Origin: Cyanobacteria bacterium auto_48_18
GTDB lineage: Bacteria; Cyanobacteriota; Vampirovibrionia; Obscuribacterales; Obscuribacteraceae
DNA: 64,000 nucleotides
Direction: 5' to 3'
Assembly (NCBI GenBank): GCA_036170915.1
Contig: JAVHQC010000017.1
Span: 1 to 64,000 of the forward strand
Positions 8,856-18,857 of this stretch are shown here, in pieces (position 1 is the first letter of the stretch; each line of letters begins with the position of its first letter). A program made the position numbers and the translations under genes. The notes beneath the pieces were generated by a model that was not told the origin of the DNA, made no database searches, and saw only the letters and a list, made by a program, of their open reading frames with translations.

Positions 8856-9266
8856 ATGGCCAAACCAAACAAAGACTTCAAGTCAAAAGTAGAAACTTAT
8901 CTCTCAGGATCCGATCACGATCGTTTTTTATCGGTGTGCAAACAAAGACACACCACCAAATCTGAAGTAGCTCGCGAAGCTATCCGATGGTATCTCGATA
9001 ATCTCGATGAACGCAAATTAGGAAAGCATAATTCCGAGCTATCAAAAAACATCAAGAGTATGACAGATCGAATATGCGGCATGCTCGCACGCCAGGGCGC
9101 GCAGACCGGGACACTCTACGAACTAGCCTGGCAGAACCACGCAGAAAACAAAATGCAAGATCGCTTCATCGCCGCTGCCAATCTCGTCAAAGGCAAAATG
9201 CGCAAGCGCCTGGAGGACGATGAAAAGGCAATCGCCGAACGAATGAGTAAGGTAGTCGAAAAATGA
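8856..9266 (+). CDS. Ribbon-helix-helix relaxosome accessory protein (MobC-like)
   Basis: KVETYL...TKSEVAREAIRWYL RHH pattern; GGAGG RBS; overlaps the relaxase start. Confidence 0.7.
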   Translation: MAKPNKDFKSKVETYLSGSDHDRFLSVCKQRHTTKSEVAREAIRWYLDNLDERKLGKHNSELSKNIKSMTDRICGMLARQGAQTGTLYELAWQNHAENKMQDRFIAAANLVKGKMRKRLEDDEKAIAERMSKVVEK

Positions 9267-10549
9267 TGATCGTTCGCCACAGCTACATCTCAGTTAAGGC
9301 GAAGCAGCGAGGCGGAGTCAGTTTGAAAGCCGCAAGAGGATTGGCGATCGGCACGGCACTCGGACACGTCAAATACATCCAGCATCGACCCGGCAAAGAT
9401 CTAGAAAAAGGCGGTCGAGATGCCTATACCGATGCGGAGGATTCGGTAGATGCAAAAGAACTGCGGGACATAATCCGTGAGTACGAAGGAAGGGGAGTTG
9501 TCGTCCACAAGTTGACTCTATCCCCAGAGGTTAGCCCGAACGATCCGAAGGAATTTACGAGGGAGGTGATGAAAGAACTCGGATCGGAGAAGGGTCTGGA
9601 TCTCCAGTGGTGGGCAGTGACTCACGATAACACCGACAATCGCCACGTTCATGTTGTGGTTCTACCAAAGGATAAAGACGGGCGGCTCGTGCGGTTCGAC
9701 AAGAACGATTACAACAAGCTCAAAGAGTTTGGCGATAGATATCTTGAACGAACTCAATACTCAGACTGCCGAATGGCAGAGCTAGTAAGACAAGAGAAAC
9801 ACCGTCAACGCTCAACCGAACGCCAACAACAGTTAGAAAAAGAGCGGCAAGAACGAATTAGAAATGGCGAAGAGCTTCCCTGGCTGCACAAGAAAATCGT
9901 TAGAGAACAGCTCGAACCATATCAGCAATGGAACAAGGACCAGCCGCGCGATCCAAAGGATTCATTCGAATATTTAGGACAGCGTTTTTCAAAAGAGGAT
10001 GGTTACGAACGGTTGGCAGGTCTCCGTCGCCACCTGCATGAGAACACAAACAAATCGCTCAGGCTACCAAAGGAGGATTACAAACGCCTGGCGAGTTGGA
10101 TCGAACAGAAAGACCGAGCCAGATTCTCCGGTGAAATAGATCGACAGCTAGCAAGCGCAAAGGCATCTCAAACAGCAAGAGATGAAGCGCGAAATTCGCC
10201 GGCGGCAAATCGATATGTTTCTCCGCTACAGCAAGAAATGATGAGAAATCCAATCATGGGACTCTTCCTGACAGAGGCAGCCATCGCCGCAGAACTAGTC
10301 CGATGGATTCCGCTTACCGATCAACGAGACCGCCTCAAAGAGAATCGGGACGATCTCGAAGATGCGAAACGAGACGTTGAAGCCAAACAACGAACTCGCG
10401 GCAATCCAGACCAGAAGGCTGCCGACGAGGAGATCATCGAGAAGATTGATGGCGCAATCGACGACAACAAAAACACACGCAAAGATGCGCGAAAAGAGCG
10501 AGAAATCGAAGAGAGAAAACGCGATCGCGATCTTGACTTTATGGAGTAA
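9263..10549 (+). CDS. HUH relaxase, MOB(P)/VirD2-like
   Basis: Motif I HVKYIQHRPG, motif II HKLTLSP, motif III HDNTDNRHVHVVV; charged coiled-coil C-terminus. Confidence 0.85.
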   Translation: MMIVRHSYISVKAKQRGGVSLKAARGLAIGTALGHVKYIQHRPGKDLEKGGRDAYTDAEDSVDAKELRDIIREYEGRGVVVHKLTLSPEVSPNDPKEFTREVMKELGSEKGLDLQWWAVTHDNTDNRHVHVVVLPKDKDGRLVRFDKNDYNKLKEFGDRYLERTQYSDCRMAELVRQEKHRQRSTERQQQLEKERQERIRNGEELPWLHKKIVREQLEPYQQWNKDQPRDPKDSFEYLGQRFSKEDGYERLAGLRRHLHENTNKSLRLPKEDYKRLASWIEQKDRARFSGEIDRQLASAKASQTARDEARNSPAANRYVSPLQQEMMRNPIMGLFLTEAAIAAELVRWIPLTDQRDRLKENRDDLEDAKRDVEAKQRTRGNPDQKAADEEIIEKIDGAIDDNKNTRKDARKEREIEERKRDRDLDFME

Positions 10550-10555
10550 ACAAAT

Positions 10556-12649
10556 ATGCAAACAACAGCACAAGACATGGGCATCGTAGACTCTACGCCA
10601 AAAGAATTACCGGTACTCGCAGTTAATGTTCTGGATCGGCTTGGATACCAGGTTTCCAGAGCGAGCAAACAACTCGATCAAATACTCGCCGTAGAAAGAC
10701 TAGACGAGCAGGTCGGAAGAGATTGGTGGAGACACGAGTATAGAGTCGTTCTCCGGTGGTCAGAGACATCAAATGGAGGCTCACTGGTCGACGTTGAAAT
10801 CTCAGAGAAGAAAGGAGGTGGTACACACGAAGACTGCCGAAGTCGATGCAAACAAGTTATTGCAAAGCTGCAAGAAGACGCGCAACGCGCAAAGCGTGTT
10901 TCCGCAACCAAAGCGAAGTCCACCATCCATGGTGGCGCAACATGGGGTGATGAAAACGAGATTCGCAAAGCCGGATACATCACGCATAAGCCTGAAGCCA
11001 CTCGATTAATCATCGGTAAGACACAGAACAACGAGTACATCTCGGTACCGGAGCTGGTGACAAATGCGCACGCGATTGTCTGCGGACGAACCGGCGTAGG
11101 CAAGTCTAGAGGCTTCTTCATCCCGAACCTTATGGAAAGACTCGGAACCAACATGATCGTCACTGAAGCCACGCCCGGATACGAACCAGGCGAACTGTAC
11201 ACACTCACTTCGGGTTGGAGGAAACAAGCTGGTCACCGAATTTATTCGTTCAACCCCGCCGATATGTCCTCCACCCGAATCAATCCGGTCGACCGAGTAA
11301 GAATGGCGCCGCAACTCGAAAAAGCCAAGGAAGCCGAAAAGCTCGCCGACTTGATCATCATGAACGGCAGCGGCGAGGAACAACGCGTCGACCCAACATG
11401 GGACCGCTCTGAAAAACAGCTCCTCGTGTCACTGATACTGCACGCAGCAGCAACTGATCCAGAGATGGGACATATCGGCGCAATCAGATGGCTGCTTCTT
11501 TCTGGAATCAATCGAGTCCGCGAAACGATGGCAAAGAGTAAGTCCGAGCTTGCGCAGATGGAGTTCGAAGGTTGGCTTGGATCGACATCCGAGAACTTCA
11601 GATTCGGTGTGCTCTCGGGGCTGATGACGAAACTCAATCCTTGGATAACTGACCAGCTCGTAGCGCTAACGGAGAAGACAGACATCGACTTTGAAGAGCT
11701 AAGAAATCAGTTGTTCACCTTCTACATCGCGGTGCCGAGCCGCTCGCGCGATAGCAAGTTGATCGGCTCCCTCCTGGTGAACTTCCTCCTCGATTACTTG
11801 CTCGACACTAAGGCCACTATGAAGTATCCGACAGCGATGTTCCTCGATGAATTCACCAACTTCGGAAAGATCGCAAACATCGCCAACGTACTGTCAATCG
11901 TCAGAAAAGCGAAGATAAGTCTCGTGCTTGGATTTCAAAATTACTTCCAGCTCGAACGAGTCTACTCACAGAAGGAGGCGCAAATAATCTTCGATCAACC
12001 TGCAACGCAGATTTACTTCAGGCAGAAGAACTTCCGCGAAGCCCGCGCCCTGAGCGAAGCACTCGGAAGAACAACAATCGAAGAAGTCACCGTAAATGAT
12101 ACCGGTCGAGTGCACGAATTCATTCAAGGTCGAGCACTCGCCACACCGGATGAATTGATTAATCTGACCGGCGAAGTTATCGCATTCACGAACGACACCT
12201 GGCCGCTCAAGCTCCCGCTCACCGCGCCATATGCATACGAACATGCATTGGCATATCCACCGCCGGAACGCCCAGATCATGAAATTACCGAGCACGTTCG
12301 CCGACGCGGCAGAACCGCGGAGCAAAAGGAGTCGCAGCAACATCAGCAGCAAGAACCAACAAACAACACCACCGAAAATCCATCAGGCGGAAACACCAGA
12401 AACCGCAGAAACAAAGACCGCAACAACAGAAGTCGTGACGGTGGAAATTTTGATAGCAGAAACCGCAATGACGAAAATCGCGACAACCGAAATCGACGCA
12501 AGCGAGATTCCGCAAGCCGCGATCGCGATAATCGCAACTTCAATTCAAGCGCGCGAGAAACTCATGAAGAGCGCTCGCACGAAGACCAATCCTCATATTC
12601 ACAACCACTAGACAACTCACCGGAGGTCGACGACGTATGGCCATCATAG
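10556..12649 (+). CDS. Type IV coupling protein, VirD4/TraG/TraD family
   Basis: HGGATW, Walker A GRTGVGKS..FIPNL, FNP..S.RINP, Walker B FLDEFTNFG, Q...QL..VY, A..LS..LG..T. Confidence 0.9.
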   Translation: MQTTAQDMGIVDSTPKELPVLAVNVLDRLGYQVSRASKQLDQILAVERLDEQVGRDWWRHEYRVVLRWSETSNGGSLVDVEISEKKGGGTHEDCRSRCKQVIAKLQEDAQRAKRVSATKAKSTIHGGATWGDENEIRKAGYITHKPEATRLIIGKTQNNEYISVPELVTNAHAIVCGRTGVGKSRGFFIPNLMERLGTNMIVTEATPGYEPGELYTLTSGWRKQAGHRIYSFNPADMSSTRINPVDRVRMAPQLEKAKEAEKLADLIIMNGSGEEQRVDPTWDRSEKQLLVSLILHAAATDPEMGHIGAIRWLLLSGINRVRETMAKSKSELAQMEFEGWLGSTSENFRFGVLSGLMTKLNPWITDQLVALTEKTDIDFEELRNQLFTFYIAVPSRSRDSKLIGSLLVNFLLDYLLDTKATMKYPTAMFLDEFTNFGKIANIANVLSIVRKAKISLVLGFQNYFQLERVYSQKEAQIIFDQPATQIYFRQKNFREARALSEALGRTTIEEVTVNDTGRVHEFIQGRALATPDELINLTGEVIAFTNDTWPLKLPLTAPYAYEHALAYPPPERPDHEITEHVRRRGRTAEQKESQQHQQQEPTNNTTENPSGGNTRNRRNKDRNNRSRDGGNFDSRNRNDENRDNRNRRKRDSASRDRDNRNFNSSARETHEERSHEDQSSYSQPLDNSPEVDDVWPS

Positions 12650-13203
12650 CGATAGCAATAGGAATCTTTGTGTTCCTCCTCACCGGAGCCGTAACCAACG
12701 AACTCACTCACGATCCAGGAGCAGGCGTTTTGTCAGGACTCATACTCGGCTTCCTGGCAGCGTCTCCACTCTTCAAGCTCGCCGCACAAGAACGATCAAG
12801 CTTCTTGCACCCGGCACCTCGCGAATACAACATCCCCGCCAAGCTCGCCTTCGCAAAAATCCGCGACTACCTCGCCGAAGTCTCCTATAACTACGGCGAC
12901 AAATGGCACGTCGTCACTGCCGACACCCAGTCCGGCCGCATCACCGCCAACCTGCGCTTCACGGACGAATTCACCCGCATCGAAGGCGACGCCCGCGGCA
13001 ACATCCACACCCGAAAGGAGCGTTTGCAACGCTTCCTCGCGCTGGATGTTCATGTCCGACGAACCGAGGATGGGACAACGCTAGTACAACTAGACTTCTC
13101 TCCTAAAGTCGAAGGCATGACCTACTCGGCATGCGACTCAATCGTTTCTTCCGTGGGAAATCAGATAACCGCGATCCTCGGAGAAGCAATCTATACGAAT
13201 TGA
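12637..13203 (+). CDS. Membrane-anchored hypothetical protein
   Basis: Two N-terminal TM segments plus a soluble alpha/beta domain; overlaps the T4CP 3' end; GGAGG RBS. Confidence 0.7.
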   Translation: MAIIAIAIGIFVFLLTGAVTNELTHDPGAGVLSGLILGFLAASPLFKLAAQERSSFLHPAPREYNIPAKLAFAKIRDYLAEVSYNYGDKWHVVTADTQSGRITANLRFTDEFTRIEGDARGNIHTRKERLQRFLALDVHVRRTEDGTTLVQLDFSPKVEGMTYSACDSIVSSVGNQITAILGEAIYTN

Positions 13204-13415
13204 ATATCGAACTCGAAGCCCTTAGACTAGTAGAGACATCTACCGGACCAATCAACTTGAAACTTTTGAAGAGAGCATTCTTACGTTGAAGGTCACGCAG
13301 ACGAGAGTCCGAACTGGTGCTCAGTGAGGGTTGGGCTGCCTGAAACTTGACGTTCGGTCAGTGGAATAGGCATCGTGGCACGATTTCATTAAAGATTGGG
13401 GTTTCGAGTAAGTTT

Positions 13416-15083
13416 ATGTTTTCCGAAAAAAACTCATACGAGCCGGACGCTCTTCGGGATGCATACAAGGTTCTGCTTGGAACACTTGGTTTCCAGTCGA
13501 TCGAGAGCCTTAATGAGGAGACCGCAGACTGGAAAGTTGATACCTTTGACAGCTCTTATCTAGTGAAAGTCCTAACGGATCACAACATACGTTCGCTATA
13601 TCAAATCGTGCGAAATTTGCATTACAGGCAACTTGAGCTGGGATTAAAAGGGAGCATTATTCTTTATCATCGAATAATCCCTAAACCAAAGTCAGAGTAT
13701 TTTGTTGGAAATTTTCCTTTGAAAATTCTGGATGCGTGTGCGATAGGTGCACATTTGGAAATTCTGCTTGCTTATTCGCAAAATTTAGAAGACGAAGGAG
13801 ATTTTGTGTCCAGTGGACATTACGCATTGGAAGGAGACGATCTTCATAGATCTGCAACCATTTTTGTAGACTATTTGCCAGAGGGCCACTTGCGCTTCTC
13901 TGGGAATGCTACGTACGGAAATCTTCGCGGCTTTGGTCCCAACATGGGATTTTTTGAGTTTGTAGCTGATGATCTGAAAGATCGAAATTCGAGATTATTC
14001 ATCTTGGACGAGGACTGGAAAATTCCAGAACAGTCAGCAGCAAGCTATGGAAATACGGTAATCTTTGAATCTACGGCTTATTCCGATGAACCGTATCGAG
14101 CGATATTCACATTCAAGAAATTCGGCTTAGTGGTGGAGGAACGCAATTTTCAATATGCACCATTCGGACACAATGTGTCCTTGAGTGGATTTTACGAAAA
14201 GGCTATTTTTCCTAGCGCTACGCGAGAATACTCTGCTGTTTCCGATGACGAGATTTTTAGCCTATCTTGGAACTTCAAAGGAGTCTTTCGATCAATCCAG
14301 GTGGGCGCATTAGAAATCAGATTATGGCTGAACCAGTTTGCGCCAGATGAGCGACGACCGATGTTCTATCTTCTTCAGCGCGTTCGATTCTTCAACAACT
14401 TAATGGTGCGAGAAGCCGTTGAATGGTTGCATTTAAACACTCTGAAATCACTTGAGATTCAAAGAAATGACACTGAGAGCGAAAAGAGTTTTCTAATTAC
14501 GGCTTTTGGAAATCCAGCAAAGAGTGGGTCAACACTTGCAAGAATCTATCGATCAACCAATCGATTAGTCCCGGCAAACGTTGCACACCTCGATGATATC
14601 AAAGAACAACTTGAGCAGAATACTGAGATCAAACATGTTGTTTGCGTTGAGGATGTAATTGGTTCGGGAGAGGACATGCTCAATTTTCTTAGAGCACTTG
14701 ATCGAAAGTTTGGACTGCTCTTAGCCGAACGCAATATTTCGGTCATCATTCAATCCATTTGCGCGCTCACTGACGGTGTGAAGAAAATTGAGAGTGAAGC
14801 AAACAATCTCAAATACAAATTTACGCTGAACTATTATGAGCTGATGGACAAATGCTTCTCCCAAAAACCTGAGTATTGCAACATCGATGAAGATTGGGAT
14901 GAGATCATGAGGATAGCTGAAAAATACGGACGGCGGCTTCGGCCAGACAAACCCCTAGGTTATGGCGATAGCCAAATGCTCGCTGTCTTTCACGACAATT
15001 GTCCGAACAACACACTACCGATTTTGTGGGCGCAGTCGAAAGAAATTGAGTTTTATTGGCAGCCCTTATTTCCTCGGGAATGA
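13416..15083 (+). CDS. Multidomain protein with C-terminal phosphoribosyltransferase-like (PRTase-CE type) domain
   Basis: GNPAKSG, VVCVEDVIGSG (PRPP-loop-like), PLGYGDSQ...FHDNCPNNTLPILW; start taken at ATG 13416. Confidence 0.7.
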   Translation: MFSEKNSYEPDALRDAYKVLLGTLGFQSIESLNEETADWKVDTFDSSYLVKVLTDHNIRSLYQIVRNLHYRQLELGLKGSIILYHRIIPKPKSEYFVGNFPLKILDACAIGAHLEILLAYSQNLEDEGDFVSSGHYALEGDDLHRSATIFVDYLPEGHLRFSGNATYGNLRGFGPNMGFFEFVADDLKDRNSRLFILDEDWKIPEQSAASYGNTVIFESTAYSDEPYRAIFTFKKFGLVVEERNFQYAPFGHNVSLSGFYEKAIFPSATREYSAVSDDEIFSLSWNFKGVFRSIQVGALEIRLWLNQFAPDERRPMFYLLQRVRFFNNLMVREAVEWLHLNTLKSLEIQRNDTESEKSFLITAFGNPAKSGSTLARIYRSTNRLVPANVAHLDDIKEQLEQNTEIKHVVCVEDVIGSGEDMLNFLRALDRKFGLLLAERNISVIIQSICALTDGVKKIESEANNLKYKFTLNYYELMDKCFSQKPEYCNIDEDWDEIMRIAEKYGRRLRPDKPLGYGDSQMLAVFHDNCPNNTLPILWAQSKEIEFYWQPLFPRE

Positions 15084-15125
15084 TCAACCTGATACTACAA
15101 ACGGAAATCCAATTCCATCGGATCT

Positions 15126-18100
15126 TTAGCTTACCTTGTGATACTTTGAATCTCTATTGTCAAACGCCGGTCGTGTGCCCTCAAGGATATCCACGACCTT
15201 TTTGTTGATCAATGGTTCCTCAAGTGAGCCTGAACTGTACTCAATATTGATATCGTTTGCCTTCTCCAAGTGAGCGTGTATCACCTGCTCTGCGTCGCAG
15301 ACAACGGCCAGGTTAGGATTATGCGTCACAATTATGACTTGTCGCCGTTGCTTTGCTTCGGTTATTGCCGGCACCAGCGTTTCGAAGACCGTCTGGTTAT
15401 CTAAGTTCTCTTCGGGTTGATCGATGACCAATGGGATGTCTGACTGATCAATTAGCAGATAAAAAACAAGGAGAAGTAGCCCCCTTTCTCCTGGAGATAA
15501 CTGCTCTATGTCCTTATTGCTCAGGCGAAGCTTATACTGCGGAATCAAGTATTCCAATCCGTAAAGAAAATCGTATAGCTGTTCTAACGAAACACCTTTC
15601 TTCAATTGGGTTGCCGGATCCGTATTGAATGCACCATCATCGGTCAAGTTATTGAACATACGAGTCAGAAAATCTATGACGTCGTCGCGATCGTTCCAGT
15701 CGAACTCTTGAAGAATCTCCTGTAGCCTGCGTGGTCCGCCTTCGCCGTAGTAGAACCCACCCGTCCCTCGGGAAATGAAGTCAAAAAATTGCCGCTCGAA
15801 GTCTTCCATTTCAAGCGAGACCGCAAATGAGAGCCCTATTTTGTCCTTAAGGAGTGGATGCTGTTCGGCAAATTCGCGAACTGGACTGTAATACTGTTCG
15901 TAAACTTTCAAGATATCTTCCAGCTTCTCGTGTATTCCAAATACAATCTTTTCTCTTTCCAATCGAAGTGCACTAATCATTTGAGGCACGGTGTCGAGCG
16001 CGGTTAACTGTGCTTGCAAATACCCGAGCGAACCATCCAGCTCTTCGGAGCCAATCAAATTATTGCGAGCTTCAGTCCATAGCCGCTTCTGCTCCAAATA
16101 CTCTTGGTACAGCAAGACTGGCTCAGAAAGCTTTTCTTCCAGCTCGCCGATCTGGCTGTCAATCTGGGCAAGCTGCTTAGGAAATCCGCCATCTAATTCT
16201 GTAGAAAGAAGTCCATCCAGATGCGCTCGGTTCAATTTCAGCTGCTCGCGTACGGTTAAGATCTGCGTATCGTCGAGCCGGACTTGAAATACTGATGCGG
16301 CATCAACACCAAGTTCTTCAAGATCTTCGGACGAATCTCTTTCAACTTCATCCACCATTGTCCGCAAGTTTGCAAGACGCTCAACAAGCCGATCGCAAAT
16401 AGCTAGTTTCCTCACGACCTGATGAAGCTGCTCTTCCGCTTCCTCAATTTTGCTTACAACCTGCTGGCGCTGTAGTCGTTGTTGTTCCAACGCTGCCACA
16501 GTAATCTTGTCGACATTGTCAGCTGACGGTTCCTTGATTTCCGCCGGAACATTTTTCTCATGTACTTGCAATTCTTCTTTCTTCTGGTTTAACTGCGCTT
16601 CAATTCTCTTGCGGTGCTCGGGCAACAGTCTCTGTTCATTTTGAACAATGTCCACGTTTACCTTCGATAACTTAGCTCTATCAACATTTATTGACTGTTG
16701 AATCTGTTCAGTTTTAAAACCAATGAGACCATCAAGTGAGCCTTGCCCAAGTTTTTCCGCCGATGGAACGTGCGAGTAGATTACTGACTTAAGCTCGCCC
16801 TCAAAGCTTGAAGTCCCTTTCGGATCATTGCAGATTTCTTCTAAGAAATTCTGTGGAACATACTTGACCAGTTCGACGGCTGATGGATCCGGATTTTTGT
16901 CCATCTCGGCGCGCGTTGAAACTCCGCTGAGCCAAATTAACGTGGTTTCAAAATGGACAGACAAATTGTCTTTGCCCTTCCTGCGAAACTTGTGCTCATT
17001 TAGAAAGGAGAAGCACCTTGATGCTTGCGTGTTGCCCGCAAGCGCAATGCAGTCTGCGAGAGCGCTTTTCCCGCTTCCTTTGTTTCCTATGATGGCAACC
17101 AACGCTGCATTCAGCGGCAGCCGTGCGGCAAACCATGTTTCCTTCAGCGTCGACAGCGACTTCTTTTCTATCACAATTTCTTGAATGTACTTCGTTGCGT
17201 TGTTCTTTACTCTCGCTACAGGTGGCGGGACAGACCCGATGAAAACTCTTTGATCAAATTCCTTAAGAGCATGCTGCAACCCTTTAAATGTCGGATCAGC
17301 TTTCATCCACGTAAAACAGTTACCGATTCGATCTTTCTGTCCAGAGTTCTTGAGATGATGGGCATCACTGCAATCAACAAGATGATCGTTAACTTGCGCA
17401 TTGGTCAGAACTTTCCGGTGCCTTGAATAATCCTTATGGTTATCCAAAGCACTGAATACAAGATCGACGGAGTTGATCAGGTCCTTTTTCGTTGCAGCAG
17501 CCTGAGCCGTCCAAGTCATTGCAGCCCACTCAGCCTTTCCCACCGCAGTAGCGAATTTCCCTTCGAAATATGGACTTTCCAAAACCTCTTCAACTACAGT
17601 CGGTGCAACACATAGATTATTGAAGCCGGTTATCAGTGCCGAAGGAAAGGTGGCTTGCACTCCCGGCGGACTCGAATCTATTACCTTTTGTCCAAAGTCG
17701 GTAAGACTTTGCCGGTCAACGACACCGTTCCATTGCCCATGGGCTATACCTGGAGCCAATTGATATTTAGGTCTAAGGGCCGCAAGAAACTGTGCATCAA
17801 TCTGGTCAGCAGTGAGCTCATCGGAGAAAATTACATGGTAGTTAATCCTGCTGAGATCACCATCGGCACCGGCAAATGTTGACAGTCGCAGTTCAATAAC
17901 GGGCAGTACACAGGCAATATTCTTGAGGCGACCGTTCTGTCGCGCCGCAACCACCTTCCGGTAACCGTCCAGAAAGAGGTAATCGTTTATGCCTATCACC
18001 GCGAATTCCGGAGGCAGAGATTCAAGATCTGCGAGGAATTGCTCCCACTTATCGCCGCCCCCTGCTCCATAAGTTGTGTTGACCAGAGAATCAGGAGTAT

Positions 18101-18242
18101 GAACATGTAGGTCCCATCTTCTCCATTCCGATCCACGAGGGTATTTGGCATTGGTCAAAGTCTGCGCGCTCCCGTAAACAAAGCAATTGTCGTATTTCTT
18201 TCGATCTCGGCTAAGTCCCAACTGAACTCTTGATGGCACCAA
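15126..18242 (-). CDS. PHP-domain plus SMC/ABC-type ATPase (TrlF-family/Ppl-like)
   Basis: GSEWRRWDLHVHTP, GINDY, SDAH (PHP); GNKGSGKS, long coiled coil, LSPGERG, VIDQPEENLDN, IVTHNPN (ABC ATPase). Confidence 0.85.
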   Translation of the reverse strand: MVPSRVQLGLSRDRKKYDNCFVYGSAQTLTNAKYPRGSEWRRWDLHVHTPDSLVNTTYGAGGGDKWEQFLADLESLPPEFAVIGINDYLFLDGYRKVVAARQNGRLKNIACVLPVIELRLSTFAGADGDLSRINYHVIFSDELTADQIDAQFLAALRPKYQLAPGIAHGQWNGVVDRQSLTDFGQKVIDSSPPGVQATFPSALITGFNNLCVAPTVVEEVLESPYFEGKFATAVGKAEWAAMTWTAQAAATKKDLINSVDLVFSALDNHKDYSRHRKVLTNAQVNDHLVDCSDAHHLKNSGQKDRIGNCFTWMKADPTFKGLQHALKEFDQRVFIGSVPPPVARVKNNATKYIQEIVIEKKSLSTLKETWFAARLPLNAALVAIIGNKGSGKSALADCIALAGNTQASRCFSFLNEHKFRRKGKDNLSVHFETTLIWLSGVSTRAEMDKNPDPSAVELVKYVPQNFLEEICNDPKGTSSFEGELKSVIYSHVPSAEKLGQGSLDGLIGFKTEQIQQSINVDRAKLSKVNVDIVQNEQRLLPEHRKRIEAQLNQKKEELQVHEKNVPAEIKEPSADNVDKITVAALEQQRLQRQQVVSKIEEAEEQLHQVVRKLAICDRLVERLANLRTMVDEVERDSSEDLEELGVDAASVFQVRLDDTQILTVREQLKLNRAHLDGLLSTELDGGFPKQLAQIDSQIGELEEKLSEPVLLYQEYLEQKRLWTEARNNLIGSEELDGSLGYLQAQLTALDTVPQMISALRLEREKIVFGIHEKLEDILKVYEQYYSPVREFAEQHPLLKDKIGLSFAVSLEMEDFERQFFDFISRGTGGFYYGEGGPRRLQEILQEFDWNDRDDVIDFLTRMFNNLTDDGAFNTDPATQLKKGVSLEQLYDFLYGLEYLIPQYKLRLSNKDIEQLSPGERGLLLLVFYLLIDQSDIPLVIDQPEENLDNQTVFETLVPAITEAKQRRQVIIVTHNPNLAVVCDAEQVIHAHLEKANDINIEYSSGSLEEPLINKKVVDILEGTRPAFDNRDSKYHKVS

Positions 18243-18251
18243 CGAAGTTGT

Positions 18252-18857
18252 CTAAGGCTGCTTTTGCGCCGTCAAAATCCGCTCGACCAGCTTGTACACT
18301 GTGGTGCCAAAGGTGCGTGGCCAATCTACGCACGGTGGACTGTCTCGTGTCTTGGCCCGCTCTATCGCAGCGACAATGCGATCGTCAGTAAATTTGCGAA
18401 CGTCGATCCCTTTTGAGTAGTTGGGCAAATGCCTTTCCAACTTTTCTGAACATTGACGAGAACCACCGATGGTTGTGTCCTCGAAGTGCAGAAGCAACCA
18501 GTACTCGAACTTCGGGTTGCTCAAAGCAAGTCCATACTGCGCGCTTTCTTGAGACCACGCAAACAAAGGAATTAGCTGTTCTTCGGTCCAATCGTCCTTG
18601 TCCACGACGAGCCAGGCTTCATCAGTCTTTCGCAATGCAGTTCTTCTAATTCTTGCTTTGAGCCGCTCCAATACTTGTGGCGGAGAGGTCGCTTCTTCAC
18701 CCGGAATACATTCGACTCGTACTACTGCATTTCCTGCGTTGAGCATCGCGAAATACTGAGGCTCTGTTTTAGAACCTTCTACTGCGACAAGAAACAGCTT
18801 GCGATATCTGCGCTCACCGAGAGGGCGGCTAAATGATCGTCTCTTCTTCAATGCCAT
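18252..18857 (-). CDS. RloB-family (TOPRIM-like) protein
   Basis: VEGSKTEPQYF, WLVVDKD, LSNPKFEYWLLLHF, TTVYKLVE. Confidence 0.9.
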   Translation of the reverse strand: MALKKRRSFSRPLGERRYRKLFLVAVEGSKTEPQYFAMLNAGNAVVRVECIPGEEATSPPQVLERLKARIRRTALRKTDEAWLVVDKDDWTEEQLIPLFAWSQESAQYGLALSNPKFEYWLLLHFEDTTIGGSRQCSEKLERHLPNYSKGIDVRKFTDDRIVAAIERAKTRDSPPCVDWPRTFGTTVYKLVERILTAQKQP

